DNA of 64,000 bases from Thermoanaerobaculia bacterium (GCA_965116445.1 OZ220688.1:1447842-1511841), one strand, 5' to 3'; shown: positions 25,551-36,004, numbered from the stretch's first letter. Numbers and translations: made by a program. The notes: generated by a model not told the origin, from the sequence alone.

Positions 25551-27746
25551 CTAGGAATCGCCGAGGCCGGCCAGATCAAGCAGGAACGCGTAGACCAGAG
25601 CCGTCTCGCGGTAGCGGTCATAGCGGCCGGAGGCGCCGCCGTGGCCGGCGCCCATGTTCGTCTCGAGCAGCAGGTGGTTGTCGTCCGTCTTGTTGGCCCG
25701 CAGCCGCGCGACCCACTTCGCCGGCTCCCAGTACTGGACCTGCGAGTCGTGCAGGCCGGTGGTCACGAGCAGGTGGGGATAGTCCCTCGACTGCACGTTG
25801 TCGTAAGGCGAATAGGAGAGCATGTAGTCGTAGTACTCACGGACCCTCGGGTCGCCCCACTCGTCCCACTCGAAGGTGGTCAGCGGGATGCTCGCGTCGA
25901 GCATCGTCGTCACGACGTCGACGAAGGGCACCCGCGCCACGACGCCGTCCCAGAGGTCGGGACGCATCGTGAACACCGCGCCGACCAGCAGGCCGCCGGC
26001 GCTGCCGCCCATCGCGTAGATACGGTCCGGGTCAGCGTAGCCCTCGGCCGCGAGATGCTCGGCCGCGGCGATGAAGTCCGTGAACGTGTTCTTCTTGTTA
26101 AGGAGCTTGCCGTTCTCGTACCAGGAGCGGCCCATCTCCTCGCCGCCGCGGATGTGGGCGATCGCGTAGACGAAGCCGCGGTCGATCAGGCTCAGAAGCG
26201 GCGAGCTGAACGACGCGTCCATGCTGGAGCCGTAGGAACCGTAGCCGTAGAGCAACAACGGGCTGCCACCCTCTTCCGGCCGCAGATCGGGCCGGTAGAC
26301 GAGCGACACCGGCACCTGCGTACCGTCCCCGGCCGTCGCCCACAGCCTTTCGCTCCGGTAGTTCGCGGAGTCGAAACCGCCGAGCACCTGGTCCTGCTTG
26401 CGCAGCGTCTTCTCACGCGTCGCCGGGTCGTAGTCGTAGACCGACCGCGGCGTGGTCAGCGACTGGTAGACGTAGCGGAGGGTGCCGGACGACGGATCCG
26501 GGTTCGCGCCTAGACCGGCCGAGTACGTCGGTTCGCCGAAGTCGAGGTCATGGCCCGTGACGGAGCCATCTCCGCTGCCGCCTCCGCCCATCGGCTCGAT
26601 GCGGAGTTGCTCGAGACCCTCGCGCCTCTCCGCCAGCACCAGGAACCGATCGAACAGTTCGAAACCCGCGAACAGCACGTCGTCACGGTGCGGGAGCTCC
26701 TCGCGCCAGGCGGCGCGACCAGTGTCGCCTTCGGCGGTCGACATGAGCCGGAAGTTCGGCGCGCGATCGTTCGTGCGTACCCAGAAGCGATCACCCAGGT
26801 GATCGACGCTGTACTCGTGGCGTTCGCTTCGCGGCTCGAAGACGGCGAAGTCGCCGCCGGGATCGTCGGCCCGCAGGATGCGCACCTCCGTGCGCAGAGT
26901 GTGACTCGAAGTTGCCAGCAGGTACTTCCGTGACTGGGTCCGCCCCAGGAACACGCTGAAGGTCTCGTCCGGCTCCTCGTAGACCAGTTCGTCGGGGGCC
27001 GTCGAGCCCAGGCGGTGGCGGTACACCTGGTATGCGCGCAGCGTGTCCGGATCCTGGCGGACGTAGAACAGGGTCGCGCTGTCGGCGGCCCAGACGAGAT
27101 TCGCCGTCACGTCCGGGATCTCGTCTGCAAGGACCTCGCCGGTGGCCAGATCCTTGAAGTGCACCGTGTAGAAGCGGCGCCCCGCGTCGTCGACCCCGTA
27201 CGCCAGGATCCGGTGATCCGGACTGACGGACAGGCGGACCGCCGTGTACTCCTTGCCTTCGGCGATCTCGTTCACGTCGATCAGCACTTCTTCGGCCTCG
27301 GGAGCCTGATCGCCGCCGAAGACGTCGCCGTCGGCTGGCCGGCGGCCGTGGATCGGGTACTGCTTCCCCTCCTCGTAGCGCGTGTAGTACCAGTAGTCGC
27401 CGTCGCGGTAGGGAACGGATGAGTCGTCCTCGACGACCCTGCTGCGGATCTCCGCGAACACGCTCTCCTGGAGCGCCTCGGTGTGCGCCAGCGCGGCGTC
27501 GACGTATGCGTTCTCCGCCTCGAGATAGGCGATCACCTCCGGGTCCTCGCGTTCCCGGAGCCAGTAGTACTCGTCGACCCGGACGTCGCCGTGGGTCTCG
27601 AGTTCGTGGGGACGCGCCTCGGCCCGCGGCGGGTCGCCGGGGTCCGCTGCGGGGGCGGCGCAGGAGGTCACCGCGAGGGCCGCCAGGAGAAGGACTCCGG
27701 CAGCGGGGATTCCGGTTCGGAACGCTCTCGTTCGTAGCTGTCGCAT
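25551..27746 (-). CDS. ptrB: Oligopeptidase B (S9A), lipoprotein
   Basis: HGDVRVDEYYWLR, YGYGSYG, GGSAGG (Ser), HDSQV (Asp), GHGG (His). Confidence 0.93.
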   Translation of the reverse strand: MRQLRTRAFRTGIPAAGVLLLAALAVTSCAAPAADPGDPPRAEARPHELETHGDVRVDEYYWLREREDPEVIAYLEAENAYVDAALAHTEALQESVFAEIRSRVVEDDSSVPYRDGDYWYYTRYEEGKQYPIHGRRPADGDVFGGDQAPEAEEVLIDVNEIAEGKEYTAVRLSVSPDHRILAYGVDDAGRRFYTVHFKDLATGEVLADEIPDVTANLVWAADSATLFYVRQDPDTLRAYQVYRHRLGSTAPDELVYEEPDETFSVFLGRTQSRKYLLATSSHTLRTEVRILRADDPGGDFAVFEPRSERHEYSVDHLGDRFWVRTNDRAPNFRLMSTAEGDTGRAAWREELPHRDDVLFAGFELFDRFLVLAERREGLEQLRIEPMGGGGSGDGSVTGHDLDFGEPTYSAGLGANPDPSSGTLRYVYQSLTTPRSVYDYDPATREKTLRKQDQVLGGFDSANYRSERLWATAGDGTQVPVSLVYRPDLRPEEGGSPLLLYGYGSYGSSMDASFSSPLLSLIDRGFVYAIAHIRGGEEMGRSWYENGKLLNKKNTFTDFIAAAEHLAAEGYADPDRIYAMGGSAGGLLVGAVFTMRPDLWDGVVARVPFVDVVTTMLDASIPLTTFEWDEWGDPRVREYYDYMLSYSPYDNVQSRDYPHLLVTTGLHDSQVQYWEPAKWVARLRANKTDDNHLLLETNMGAGHGGASGRYDRYRETALVYAFLLDLAGLGDS

Positions 27747-27768
27747 GGGTACCAGAGTGTAGCCCCCA

Positions 27769-28707
27769 TCAACTCCGCTCCCACAACAGGATGGCGGCGA
27801 ACAGATCTTCCAGCGCGGCGCCGACCGACTTGAACAGCGTGATCTCATCCGCCGTCCCGCGGCCCCCGTGCTCGCCGCGACACAGCTCGTAGAGGTCGGC
27901 GGCGACATCGTCAGGAGCGAGCGCGCCGGACTCGATCGGCTGGGTCAGGTCGCCGGCCTCGATCAGAGCGCCGTCTCGAGTGTCGACGAACACGGTGGAG
28001 CGGCGCATCGCCTCGTCGTCCGCCTCGCGCATCCCCGGCGTGAAGCCGCCGACCAGGTCGACATGGATGCCGGCGCGAAGCCAGTCGCCGAAGATCAGGG
28101 GTTCCGTGGCCAGGGTCGCGGTGCTCACGATGTCGGCGCCACGGACCGCCGCCTCCAGGTCACTTGCCGTGCCCGCATCGAGCCCCTCGATCAATGGCGA
28201 ACGGGACGCCAAACGGGCCCGCTCGGGCCGGCGACCCCAGAACTCGACCTCGAGATCGGGGTGCACGGCCGCGTGAGCCCCGGCCAGGTGCGGCGCCAGG
28301 TTGCCCGTGCCGGCCACCAGCAGGCGACGGGAATCCGGCCGCGCCAGGTACCTCGCCGCCAGGGCCGACGCCGCCGCGGTACGACGGAGCGTCAGTTCCA
28401 ACCCGTCGATCAGGGCCAGCGGCTTGCCGGTCTCACCCGAAGCCAGGATGTAGCTGGCCTGCACGGCGCCCAGCCCGCGGGAGGCGTTGCCCGGGAAGAC
28501 GGACGCCACCTTGACGCCCAGATAGCCGCCGACCGTCCAGGCCGGCATCAGGAGCAGCGTCGCCTCCGGGTCGCCGGCCGGCGCCTCCACGCCGTGGTGG
28601 TGGCGCACCGGCATCTCGCAGCCGTCGCGGAAACCCGCCTCGAGTGCGTCCACCACGGCGCCCCAGGGCAGCAATTCGGCGGTCTTGGCGGCGTCGAAGA
28701 TTCTCAT
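27769..28707 (-). CDS. Ornithine cyclodeaminase / mu-crystallin family protein
   Basis: LLLMPAW, GVK...VFPGN, LT..RTAAASALA, ITLFKSVG.ALED. Confidence 0.92.
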   Translation of the reverse strand: MRIFDAAKTAELLPWGAVVDALEAGFRDGCEMPVRHHHGVEAPAGDPEATLLLMPAWTVGGYLGVKVASVFPGNASRGLGAVQASYILASGETGKPLALIDGLELTLRRTAAASALAARYLARPDSRRLLVAGTGNLAPHLAGAHAAVHPDLEVEFWGRRPERARLASRSPLIEGLDAGTASDLEAAVRGADIVSTATLATEPLIFGDWLRAGIHVDLVGGFTPGMREADDEAMRRSTVFVDTRDGALIEAGDLTQPIESGALAPDDVAADLYELCRGEHGGRGTADEITLFKSVGAALEDLFAAILLWERS

Positions 28708-28736
28708 CCGAGTAGCGGAGGATAGTCTCATTCGCC

Positions 28737-29480
28737 GTGGACCATCTCAAGGAGCTCGAAGAGAACGGCTACGTCATCCTGGAAGGGGTTCTCGACCGCG
28801 CGCAGCAGGAGGCGCTGCGCGGTGTGCTGAAGCCCCACTTCGAACGCCGCCTGTTCGGCCGCAACCCGTTCGAGGGCCACAACACGCAGCGGGTCTACGG
28901 CCTGCTGGCGAAGTCACGGCTGTTCGATGCCCTGGTCGCGCAGCCCGCGGTCATGGCCGCCTGCCAAGCGACGCTCGGACCCGGCTTCCTGCTCTCGGTG
29001 GCTCACGCGATCCTGATCCACCCGGGCGAGGTCGCCCAGAGCCTGCACCACGACGACTCGTTCTATCCGCTGCCGCGACCCAGAAAGGCGCTCGGCGTGA
29101 GCACGATCTGGGCGCTCGACGACTTCACCGAGGACAACGGCGCCACCCGCATCGTGCCCGGCAGCCACCGCAGGAACGGCGAGCCGCCCGACGAGGCGGC
29201 TGCGCGGCCGGTCATCATGCCGGCCGGCTCGCTCCTCATCTTCCTCGGCACCCTCTACCACGGCGGCGGCGAGAACCGTTCGGCCGGGTCGCGGCTCGGT
29301 CTCACGATCCAGTACTGTCCCGCCTGGGCCCGCCAGCAAGAGAACTTCATCCTGGGAGTGCCGGCCGGCGAAGTGGCGAATCTGGCCGTGACGGTCCAGG
29401 AACTGATCGGCTACGGCATCCATCCTCCGTTCATGGGCCATGTCGATGGCCGCCATCCACTGAAGGCACTCCAGACATGA
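28737..29480 (+). CDS. Phytanoyl-CoA dioxygenase (PhyH) family Fe/2OG dioxygenase
   Basis: Q.LH.DD, WALDDFT.DNGAT..VPGSH, L.HGGG.N.S...R, RQQEN. Confidence 0.9.
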   Translation: MDHLKELEENGYVILEGVLDRAQQEALRGVLKPHFERRLFGRNPFEGHNTQRVYGLLAKSRLFDALVAQPAVMAACQATLGPGFLLSVAHAILIHPGEVAQSLHHDDSFYPLPRPRKALGVSTIWALDDFTEDNGATRIVPGSHRRNGEPPDEAAARPVIMPAGSLLIFLGTLYHGGGENRSAGSRLGLTIQYCPAWARQQENFILGVPAGEVANLAVTVQELIGYGIHPPFMGHVDGRHPLKALQT

Positions 29481-31129
29481 AGAAGCTCGCACTGCTCCCT
29501 GCTTTCGCCGCACTATCTCTCGCCGTAGCGTGCAGCGGCCCGGCGCCCGCACCCGAAGAGGGAGCGGCCGACGCGGCGCCGGCGGCGCCGGCGGCCCAGG
29601 CCGTCCCCGAGGGCGCGCCCCGACTCATCCTTATCCTTGCCGTCGACCAGATGCGAGCGGACTACCTGGAGCGCTTCGGGCCCCTGCTCACGGGCGGTCT
29701 GGCCCGGCTGCTTCAGGAAGGCGTCGTCTTCACGGACGCCCATCACTTCCACGCCGCGACCGAAACCGCTCCCGGTCACGCCACGCTGGCGACGGGCGTG
29801 TTCCCCAAGCGGCACGGGATCATCGGCAACGGCTGGTTCGACCGGGAGACCGGCGACGACGCGTACTGTTGCGGCGACCCCGAACACGGCGTGTCGCCGC
29901 GCAACATGCTGGCGCCGGCCATCGGCGACCTGATGAAGGCCGCCTGGCCGCAGTCCAAGGTGTTCTCCGCCAGCGGCAAGGACCGGGCGGCGATCCTGAT
30001 GGGCGGGCACCACGCCGACGGCGCCTGGTGGTACAGCCGTCCGACCGGCAGCTTCACCACGTCGACCTACTACGGCGACCGCGACTCGGGGCCCGCGTGG
30101 CTCGACGACTTCAACGGGGAGAGCCGTCTCGACGCGCTCTTCGGCACCGCCTGGGAGCCGCTGATGCCGCTCGAGCACACCGCGGCGTACGATATCGAGC
30201 CGCTCCAGCGTGGTCTGTCGGTCGACACGTTCCCCCACGCGCTGGGCGGTTACACCGTGGAACGATCGGCGTTCTACGCCTCGATCTACCGGTCGCCCTT
30301 CCTGGACAGCCACCTCGGGGATCTGGCCAAGACCCTGATCGAAGCGGAGGGCCTGGGCAAGGACGAGGTTCCCGACCTGCTGGCGCTCAGCTTCTCCGCC
30401 CTGGACACAGTCGGCCACGGCTTCGGCCCGAATGCTCCGGAGACACTGGATGTGATCCTCCGGCTCGACCGGACGATCGGCGAACTGCTCGACCTCATCG
30501 ACGAACGGATCGGCATGGAGCACGTGGTCGTCGCACTTTCCGCTGATCACGGTGTTGGCCGCGTCCCCGAACTCGTCGTGCGCAACGGCGGCGAAGGGGG
30601 TCGATTCGGCGCCGAGCAGACCCTCTGCCTGCAACAGCTCCAGGCGCGGCTCGCGGAGCGGTTCGGCGACGGCGAATGGCTCGGCGACACCTTCTATCTC
30701 GACGAAGAGGAGATCGCGGCGGCCGGCGCCGACCGCGCGGCGATCGAGGACGAAATCATCGACGTGATGGGAAGCTGTCCGTTGTTCCACCAGGTCCTGC
30801 GACCCGCAGACCTCGATCCGTCCGATCCCCTGCACGAGCTCTACCTGAACAGCCGATATCCCGGCCGCAGTCCGGACCTGATCGCGGTGCCGGAGCCGAA
30901 CGTGCTGCCGGTGGCCGCCGCTGTCGTCACTGCAAGCCACGGCTCCCCCTACCGCTACGACACCCACATTCCGCTCATCATCCGGCAGCAGGATGGCGCC
31001 GGCCGCGTCGTCGAGGAACGTGCGAACACGATCGACCTGGCGCCTAGTCTGGCCGCCATCCTGGGACTCCCCGTGGACGGTATCGCCGGCTTCGAGGGGT
31101 TTGACGGCGTCGACCGGCTGGCCGAATGA
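29477..31129 (+). CDS. Alkaline phosphatase family (PafA/NPP-type) lipoprotein
   Basis: Lipobox AVAC; VDQMRADY, TETAPGHATL.TG, D.VGH.FGP, SADHG, HGSPY.YD; ATG overlaps the upstream stop. Confidence 0.9.
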   Translation: MKKLALLPAFAALSLAVACSGPAPAPEEGAADAAPAAPAAQAVPEGAPRLILILAVDQMRADYLERFGPLLTGGLARLLQEGVVFTDAHHFHAATETAPGHATLATGVFPKRHGIIGNGWFDRETGDDAYCCGDPEHGVSPRNMLAPAIGDLMKAAWPQSKVFSASGKDRAAILMGGHHADGAWWYSRPTGSFTTSTYYGDRDSGPAWLDDFNGESRLDALFGTAWEPLMPLEHTAAYDIEPLQRGLSVDTFPHALGGYTVERSAFYASIYRSPFLDSHLGDLAKTLIEAEGLGKDEVPDLLALSFSALDTVGHGFGPNAPETLDVILRLDRTIGELLDLIDERIGMEHVVVALSADHGVGRVPELVVRNGGEGGRFGAEQTLCLQQLQARLAERFGDGEWLGDTFYLDEEEIAAAGADRAAIEDEIIDVMGSCPLFHQVLRPADLDPSDPLHELYLNSRYPGRSPDLIAVPEPNVLPVAAAVVTASHGSPYRYDTHIPLIIRQQDGAGRVVEERANTIDLAPSLAAILGLPVDGIAGFEGFDGVDRLAE

Positions 31130-32190
31130 GGACGACCTTCATGCTCCACACCACCGCCACCCCAACGCCACGCCGCTCACACACCGCGGCTGCGGTCACC
31201 CTCTGCCTGACCGCGGCTTTCCTCACCGCCTGCCAGGCGGAGGCGCAGACGTACGCCGAGAAGCTCGGCTTCCCCGCCGGCACGCGCGCCGTGATCCTCC
31301 ACGTCGACGACGCCGGCATGTCGCACGACTCGAACGTCGGCGCTTTCCGCTCGATCCTCGACGGAGTCGCGAACTCGATGAGCGTGATGATGCCCTGCCC
31401 GTGGGTGCCCGAGCTGGTGCGGGGCCTGGAGGAGAACCCCGGGATCGACGCCGGCCTCCACCTGACCCTGACCGCCGAGTGGGACGACTACCGCTGGGGA
31501 CCGCTGGTGGGCCGCGAAGCGGCGCCCGGCCTGGTCGACGCCGAAGGCGCCCTGTGGTCAAGCGTCGCCGAGGTCGTCGCGAACGCGACGCCCGACGAGG
31601 TGGAGGCCGAGGTGCGCGAGCAGATCAACCGCGCCCGCACGATGGGCTTCGAACCGACCCATCTCGACTCCCACATGGGCACCCTCTTCGCCACGATGGA
31701 CTTTCTCGAGCGCTACATCGCGGTCGGCCTCGACGAGGGCCTTCCCCTCATGTTCCCGGGCGGCCACAACACGATTCTCGAAGCGCAGTACGAAGCCCAG
31801 GGACGGGACACGCCACCCGGCCTCGGCCGTGCCACGGAACTCGGCCAGCGAATCTGGGACGGCGGCCTGCCGGTTCTCGACGACCTCCACAACCTGAGCT
31901 ACGGCTGGGTCCCCGAGAGCGGCGCCGACGCGACGGACGAGGAGCTCCTGGAGTACAAGGTCGAGCGCTACATCCAGGGCCTGCGCGATCTCCGCCCCGG
32001 AGTCACGATGGTCATCATGCACTCCACCGACCCGAGCGAGAACTTCAAGTACATCTCGACCTCCGGCCCCAGCCGCAAGGGCGACATGCTGGCGATGCTC
32101 GACCCCCGCCTCGAACAGGTGATCGAGGAGGAGGGCCTGGTCCTGACCACCTTCCGCGAGCTCAAGGAAAGGCGGGACCGCGTCGACTAG
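31126..32190 (+). CDS. ChbG/YdjC-family carbohydrate deacetylase, secreted
   Basis: ILHVDDAGM, GLHLTL..EW, PTHLDSHMG. Confidence 0.88.
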   Translation: MRTTFMLHTTATPTPRRSHTAAAVTLCLTAAFLTACQAEAQTYAEKLGFPAGTRAVILHVDDAGMSHDSNVGAFRSILDGVANSMSVMMPCPWVPELVRGLEENPGIDAGLHLTLTAEWDDYRWGPLVGREAAPGLVDAEGALWSSVAEVVANATPDEVEAEVREQINRARTMGFEPTHLDSHMGTLFATMDFLERYIAVGLDEGLPLMFPGGHNTILEAQYEAQGRDTPPGLGRATELGQRIWDGGLPVLDDLHNLSYGWVPESGADATDEELLEYKVERYIQGLRDLRPGVTMVIMHSTDPSENFKYISTSGPSRKGDMLAMLDPRLEQVIEEEGLVLTTFRELKERRDRVD

Positions 32191-32233
32191 CAACCGGCTG
32201 TTCCGGCCCTCCGGCGATCACTCCGCCGAAGAG

Positions 32234-32503
32234 GTGGCAGCCGCCTGGCTCACCCAGGCGCTCCGGCTACTCGCCTCAGCCGACTTGCCGGTCGAGGCGG
32301 TGACTGTTCGACCATCTCACGGCGGACCTCTGGCTACGATCGAGCTTCCCGCTGAGACGGCCAACAGCGTCCTCAAGTGGGCATTCGAAGCAACGGCCCG
32401 AGTACTCCGAGGCGACCCTCAGCCCTCGGACGCCGAGGTCTACAAGGCGGCTCGGGCCCTGCTGAACCAGGCCAGTCACCGCCGCCGGCGCCGTCGCGGT
32501 TAG
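32234..32503 (+). CDS. Hypothetical short ORF or gene remnant
   Basis: Fills the gap between two genes; helical-looking C-terminal half; no recognisable motif. Confidence 0.3.
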   Translation: MAAAWLTQALRLLASADLPVEAVTVRPSHGGPLATIELPAETANSVLKWAFEATARVLRGDPQPSDAEVYKAARALLNQASHRRRRRRG

Positions 32504-33342
32504 CTCGTGATGCGCTGGAAGTTCGGTGGCCGGCGCTCGACGAAGGAGGCGACGCCTTCCTTGAAGTCGTCGCGCTCCAGGCTCTCGGCCATCAACTCGT
32601 TCGACTCGCGCAGGGCATCGCCGGTTTCCATCATCAGGTGACGGTAGACCTGCTGCTTGATCACCTTGAGCGACATCGGCGCGGAGCGCTCGGCCAAGGC
32701 CTTGATGTAGTTCTCGGCCTCGGACACGACCTGGTCGTGCGCGACGGACCGGTTGACGACGCCCATCTGTGCGGCTTCCGGGCCGTAGAACTTGCGTCCC
32801 GTCCACAGGATGTCGAGGGCGTTCGAAGGGCCGGCGACCCGCGGCAGGATCCAGCTCAGGCCGTGCTCGGCGATCAGTCCGCGGTTCACGAAGGCCGACG
32901 TGAAGACGGCGCGATCCGACGCGATGCGGATGTCGCAGAGCATCGCGACCGCGAAGCCGAGACCGGCGCAGGGACCGTTGATCGCCGCGACGATCGGCTT
33001 GCGCACCGCCATCAGGTAGTTGAACGTGACGCCGAAGTTCTCCTCGCCCATCTCCTCGATCGCGCCGGCCTGGGCGTCCTCGAACGTGTTGCCGCCGCCG
33101 CTGCCGCGCTCGCCGCGGCTCGTGGCCTGAAGGCCCTGCATGTCGGCCCCGGCACAGAAGCCACGGCCGGCGCCGGTCAGCACGATGCCGACAACGCGCT
33201 CGTCCTGCTCGGCGGCCGCCATCGCGTGCTTCATCTCGGCCATCATGCTGCCGGTGATCGCGTTCAACTGCTCCGGGCGATTCAGGGTGATCGTGGCGAT
33301 GGGATCGTCCACGTCGTACTTGATCAGTTCGTACTCGGTCAT
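32500..33342 (-). CDS. Enoyl-CoA hydratase/isomerase family protein
   Basis: ITLNRPEQLNA, LTGAGRGFCAGAD, KPIVAAING, DFKEGVASFVERRPP. Confidence 0.93.
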   Translation of the reverse strand: MTEYELIKYDVDDPIATITLNRPEQLNAITGSMMAEMKHAMAAAEQDERVVGIVLTGAGRGFCAGADMQGLQATSRGERGSGGGNTFEDAQAGAIEEMGEENFGVTFNYLMAVRKPIVAAINGPCAGLGFAVAMLCDIRIASDRAVFTSAFVNRGLIAEHGLSWILPRVAGPSNALDILWTGRKFYGPEAAQMGVVNRSVAHDQVVSEAENYIKALAERSAPMSLKVIKQQVYRHLMMETGDALRESNELMAESLERDDFKEGVASFVERRPPNFQRITS

Positions 33343-33459
33343 GCCTTGGCCTCCAGCCGCTGTTCGAAGTGAGCGGCCAAGAGTAGCGCACCGATCGACC
33401 GCTAACATGACGACACGCACGCCCGGCGCAAACCAGGGCGCGTGTGGAAGGAGATCGTC

Positions 33460-34260
33460 ATGTTCCGAACCCCAGCGCTCGCGGTCGCGGCCGGCTCCAT
33501 CCTGGTGGCCTGTGCCGGCCCCGAGCCCGAACCGGAGCTCCGGCCCACACCACCGCCCGACACCTCCGAAAGGCTCGAGATCGTCGACCGGGCGATCGAG
33601 TTCCACGGCGGTGAGCTCTTTGAACAGTCCCGGGTCAAGCTGACCGTGGCGTCTCGCTCCGGGAGCTTCGACGTGGACTCGACGGCCGACGGCGACCGCT
33701 TCGAGCAACTGATTCGCGCCTCGAACGGCAGCGACGAAAGGGTATACCGGCGCGACAACATAGCGCTCGAAGTGACCGAGGGCGGTCAGCCGATGGAGAT
33801 GGACGAGACGGAACACGCCCGCGCCAAGAGCTACGTGAACCAGCGCATGTACTTCCTCTTCCTGCCCTACAAGCTGAACGATCCCGGCACCTGGAAGGAG
33901 GATCAGGGGCTCGAGGAGTGGAACGGTCGCCAACTGCAACGCGTCCGGATCACCTTCGCATCCGGCACGAGCGACGGCGCGGACAGCGCCTACGTCTACT
34001 GGTTCGATCCCGAGACCGCCCGCCTCGAGCAGTTCGCCTACGACTACAGCGAGAACACCGGACTCCGCTTCCGGGTGCTGACGAACTACCGGCGGATCGG
34101 CGGCCTGCTGTTCTACGACGCGGACAACTACGGCCTGAACACGCGGGACGGCGGCCTGACCGTCGACGACATCAACCAGGCATACGTCGAGGAGGAGCTG
34201 CCCCTCGTCTCCCGGATCGAACATCGGGACATCCATGTCGAACGGACCGGGACCAGTTGA
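33460..34260 (+). CDS. Lipoprotein, DUF6503-like
   Basis: Lipobox LVAC; AIEFHGG, YFLFLPYKLNDPG, YVYWFD; GGAG RBS. Confidence 0.7.
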   Translation: MFRTPALAVAAGSILVACAGPEPEPELRPTPPPDTSERLEIVDRAIEFHGGELFEQSRVKLTVASRSGSFDVDSTADGDRFEQLIRASNGSDERVYRRDNIALEVTEGGQPMEMDETEHARAKSYVNQRMYFLFLPYKLNDPGTWKEDQGLEEWNGRQLQRVRITFASGTSDGADSAYVYWFDPETARLEQFAYDYSENTGLRFRVLTNYRRIGGLLFYDADNYGLNTRDGGLTVDDINQAYVEEELPLVSRIEHRDIHVERTGTS

Positions 34261-34262
34261 CG

Positions 34263-34730
34263 GTGCGCCTCGCGGCCGCCTTCGCCTGCCTGGGCGCACT
34301 CCTGGTTCTCGCCTCCTGCGAGCCGCCGGCGCTCGAGGAGCCGGTCCCGGAGTTCGATCCCCAGACCGTCGCCGGAGCGGTGCTTGAAGTTCTCGACATG
34401 CAGGTGGAAGCCTGGAACGAGGGTGACATAGACGGATTCATGGCTGGCTATCTGAACAGCGACGATCTGCGGTTCACCTCGGGAAACGAGGTTCAGTACG
34501 GCTGGAGAAAGACCCGTCAGCGCTACCACGAGCGCTACCCCGACCGCGCCGCAATGGGCTCGCTCGCCTTCGAGAACCTGGACGTCCGGGTGCTCTCCGA
34601 ACATGCCGCCATGGTCTTCGGCCGCTTCCGCTTGACGCGGGAATCCGACGAACCGACCGGACTGTTCACTCTGCTGCTGGAGCAGCATGGCGATCGATGG
34701 TTCATCGTTGCCGACCACACCTCGCAGTGA
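34263..34730 (+). CDS. NTF2/SnoaL-like (DUF4440/YybH) lipoprotein
   Basis: Lipobox LASC; Q.EAWN.GDIDGFM.GY, MG.L.F, G.FTL, W.IV.DHTS. Confidence 0.85.
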   Translation: MRLAAAFACLGALLVLASCEPPALEEPVPEFDPQTVAGAVLEVLDMQVEAWNEGDIDGFMAGYLNSDDLRFTSGNEVQYGWRKTRQRYHERYPDRAAMGSLAFENLDVRVLSEHAAMVFGRFRLTRESDEPTGLFTLLLEQHGDRWFIVADHTSQ

Positions 34731-34732
34731 CG

Positions 34733-35770
34733 ATGAAAGAACCGAGCGTGATCCTGGTTGGCTCGGCGTCGGTCCTGACCCTGGGACTGGCGGCTTTCGC
34801 CATCGAGGGACCCCGGATCCAGGCCGAAATCGAGGCGCGCACCGCGGCGGCGCTGGCCGATGCCGGCGTCCGCAACCTGGGTGTGCAGGCCCGCGGACGC
34901 GACGTGACGCTCTCCGGCACCATCGCCTTCGCCGAAATCGGCATCGAGGCGGCGCGGCGGGCGAGCGGAACTCTCGGCGTGCGCCGTGTCGACAACCGGC
35001 TGGAGATGGCCATCGGGCCTTCCTTCGAATTCGCGCCGAACGGCGACATCTGGTTGCTTCGGGGCATGATGCCGACGCCCGAAAGCAGGCAGGAGCTGTT
35101 CGACGCCGCCGCCGCGATCGTCGGGCCGGGGAACGTCATCGACGAAACCGAGGTCGACAGTTCGGTAACCGAGCCTCCCTGGCTCGGGGCACTGCCGCGA
35201 CTGATCCAGCTTCTGCGCCGCCTGGACGGCGCTCCGGGACTGCGGCTCGAAGACCGGACGCTGGCTCTGACCGGTCACACCTCAAGCGAGGGCCTGCGTG
35301 ACCACCTCATGTTCGAGATCACGTCGATCGACGCCGCGGCGAACGCTGGCTGGACGATCGCCAATCGGATGCGGGTCTCACCCGTCGCGACAAACCACGA
35401 GGGCGAGAGGCGCATCCGGGAGGTGCTCGAACGGGGACTCATCGAGTTCGAAGACGGCACGTCAACGCTCACCGGGGAAGCCGCGACCACGGTTGGCGAG
35501 ATCGGCGCCGCGCTGGCCAACATTTCCAGCATCCGGGTCGAGATCCTCGCCCACACGGACGCCGGCCGCGAGCCGGCAGTCGACCGGGCGCTCAGTCTCG
35601 AACGGGCTCAGGCCGTCCGCGACGTTCTCTCGGCCAGCATTCAACCCGACCGCCTGCTGGCGGTCGGCTACGGCGGCGATCGTCCGCTCGCCGCGGTCGG
35701 CGAAGACGCGGCGGACACCGCCGCCGCCGCGTCTACACGCATCGAGTTCCGCGTTCTCCACCGCCCCTGA
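34733..35770 (+). CDS. BON plus OmpA-like peptidoglycan-binding protein (ArfA/Rv0899-like)
   Basis: N-terminal TM, GRDVTLSG...GVRRVDN.L (BON), IEF..G...L, HTD, LS.ERA.AV, GYG...P, RIEF (OmpA C-domain). Confidence 0.82.
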   Translation: MKEPSVILVGSASVLTLGLAAFAIEGPRIQAEIEARTAAALADAGVRNLGVQARGRDVTLSGTIAFAEIGIEAARRASGTLGVRRVDNRLEMAIGPSFEFAPNGDIWLLRGMMPTPESRQELFDAAAAIVGPGNVIDETEVDSSVTEPPWLGALPRLIQLLRRLDGAPGLRLEDRTLALTGHTSSEGLRDHLMFEITSIDAAANAGWTIANRMRVSPVATNHEGERRIREVLERGLIEFEDGTSTLTGEAATTVGEIGAALANISSIRVEILAHTDAGREPAVDRALSLERAQAVRDVLSASIQPDRLLAVGYGGDRPLAAVGEDAADTAAAASTRIEFRVLHRP

Positions 35771-35779
35771 AGGGCGCCG

Positions 35780-36004
35780 ATGCTGTACATCCTCCTCGAA
35801 ATCTGGATCTGGGTCGCCGCCGCGGCGCTGGCTGGCGCGACGTTCGGCTGGTGGATACGCAGCATCCGGGCGGCCAGGGAGGTCGTCCGGGAAGCCCTGC
35901 TCTGGCAGCAGCGCATAGGGCGGCTGAGGAGGCTCGCCGCGGGCCTGAAGAACACGGCGGACGCCGAAAGGCAAGAGACCGATTCAGGCGGCGCCGGCCC
36001 CTGA
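35780..36004 (+). CDS. Small single-TM protein (ArfB/ArfC-like)
   Basis: MLYILLEIWIWVAAAALAGATFGWWIR directly after the BON-OmpA gene. Confidence 0.7.
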   Translation: MLYILLEIWIWVAAAALAGATFGWWIRSIRAAREVVREALLWQQRIGRLRRLAAGLKNTADAERQETDSGGAGP

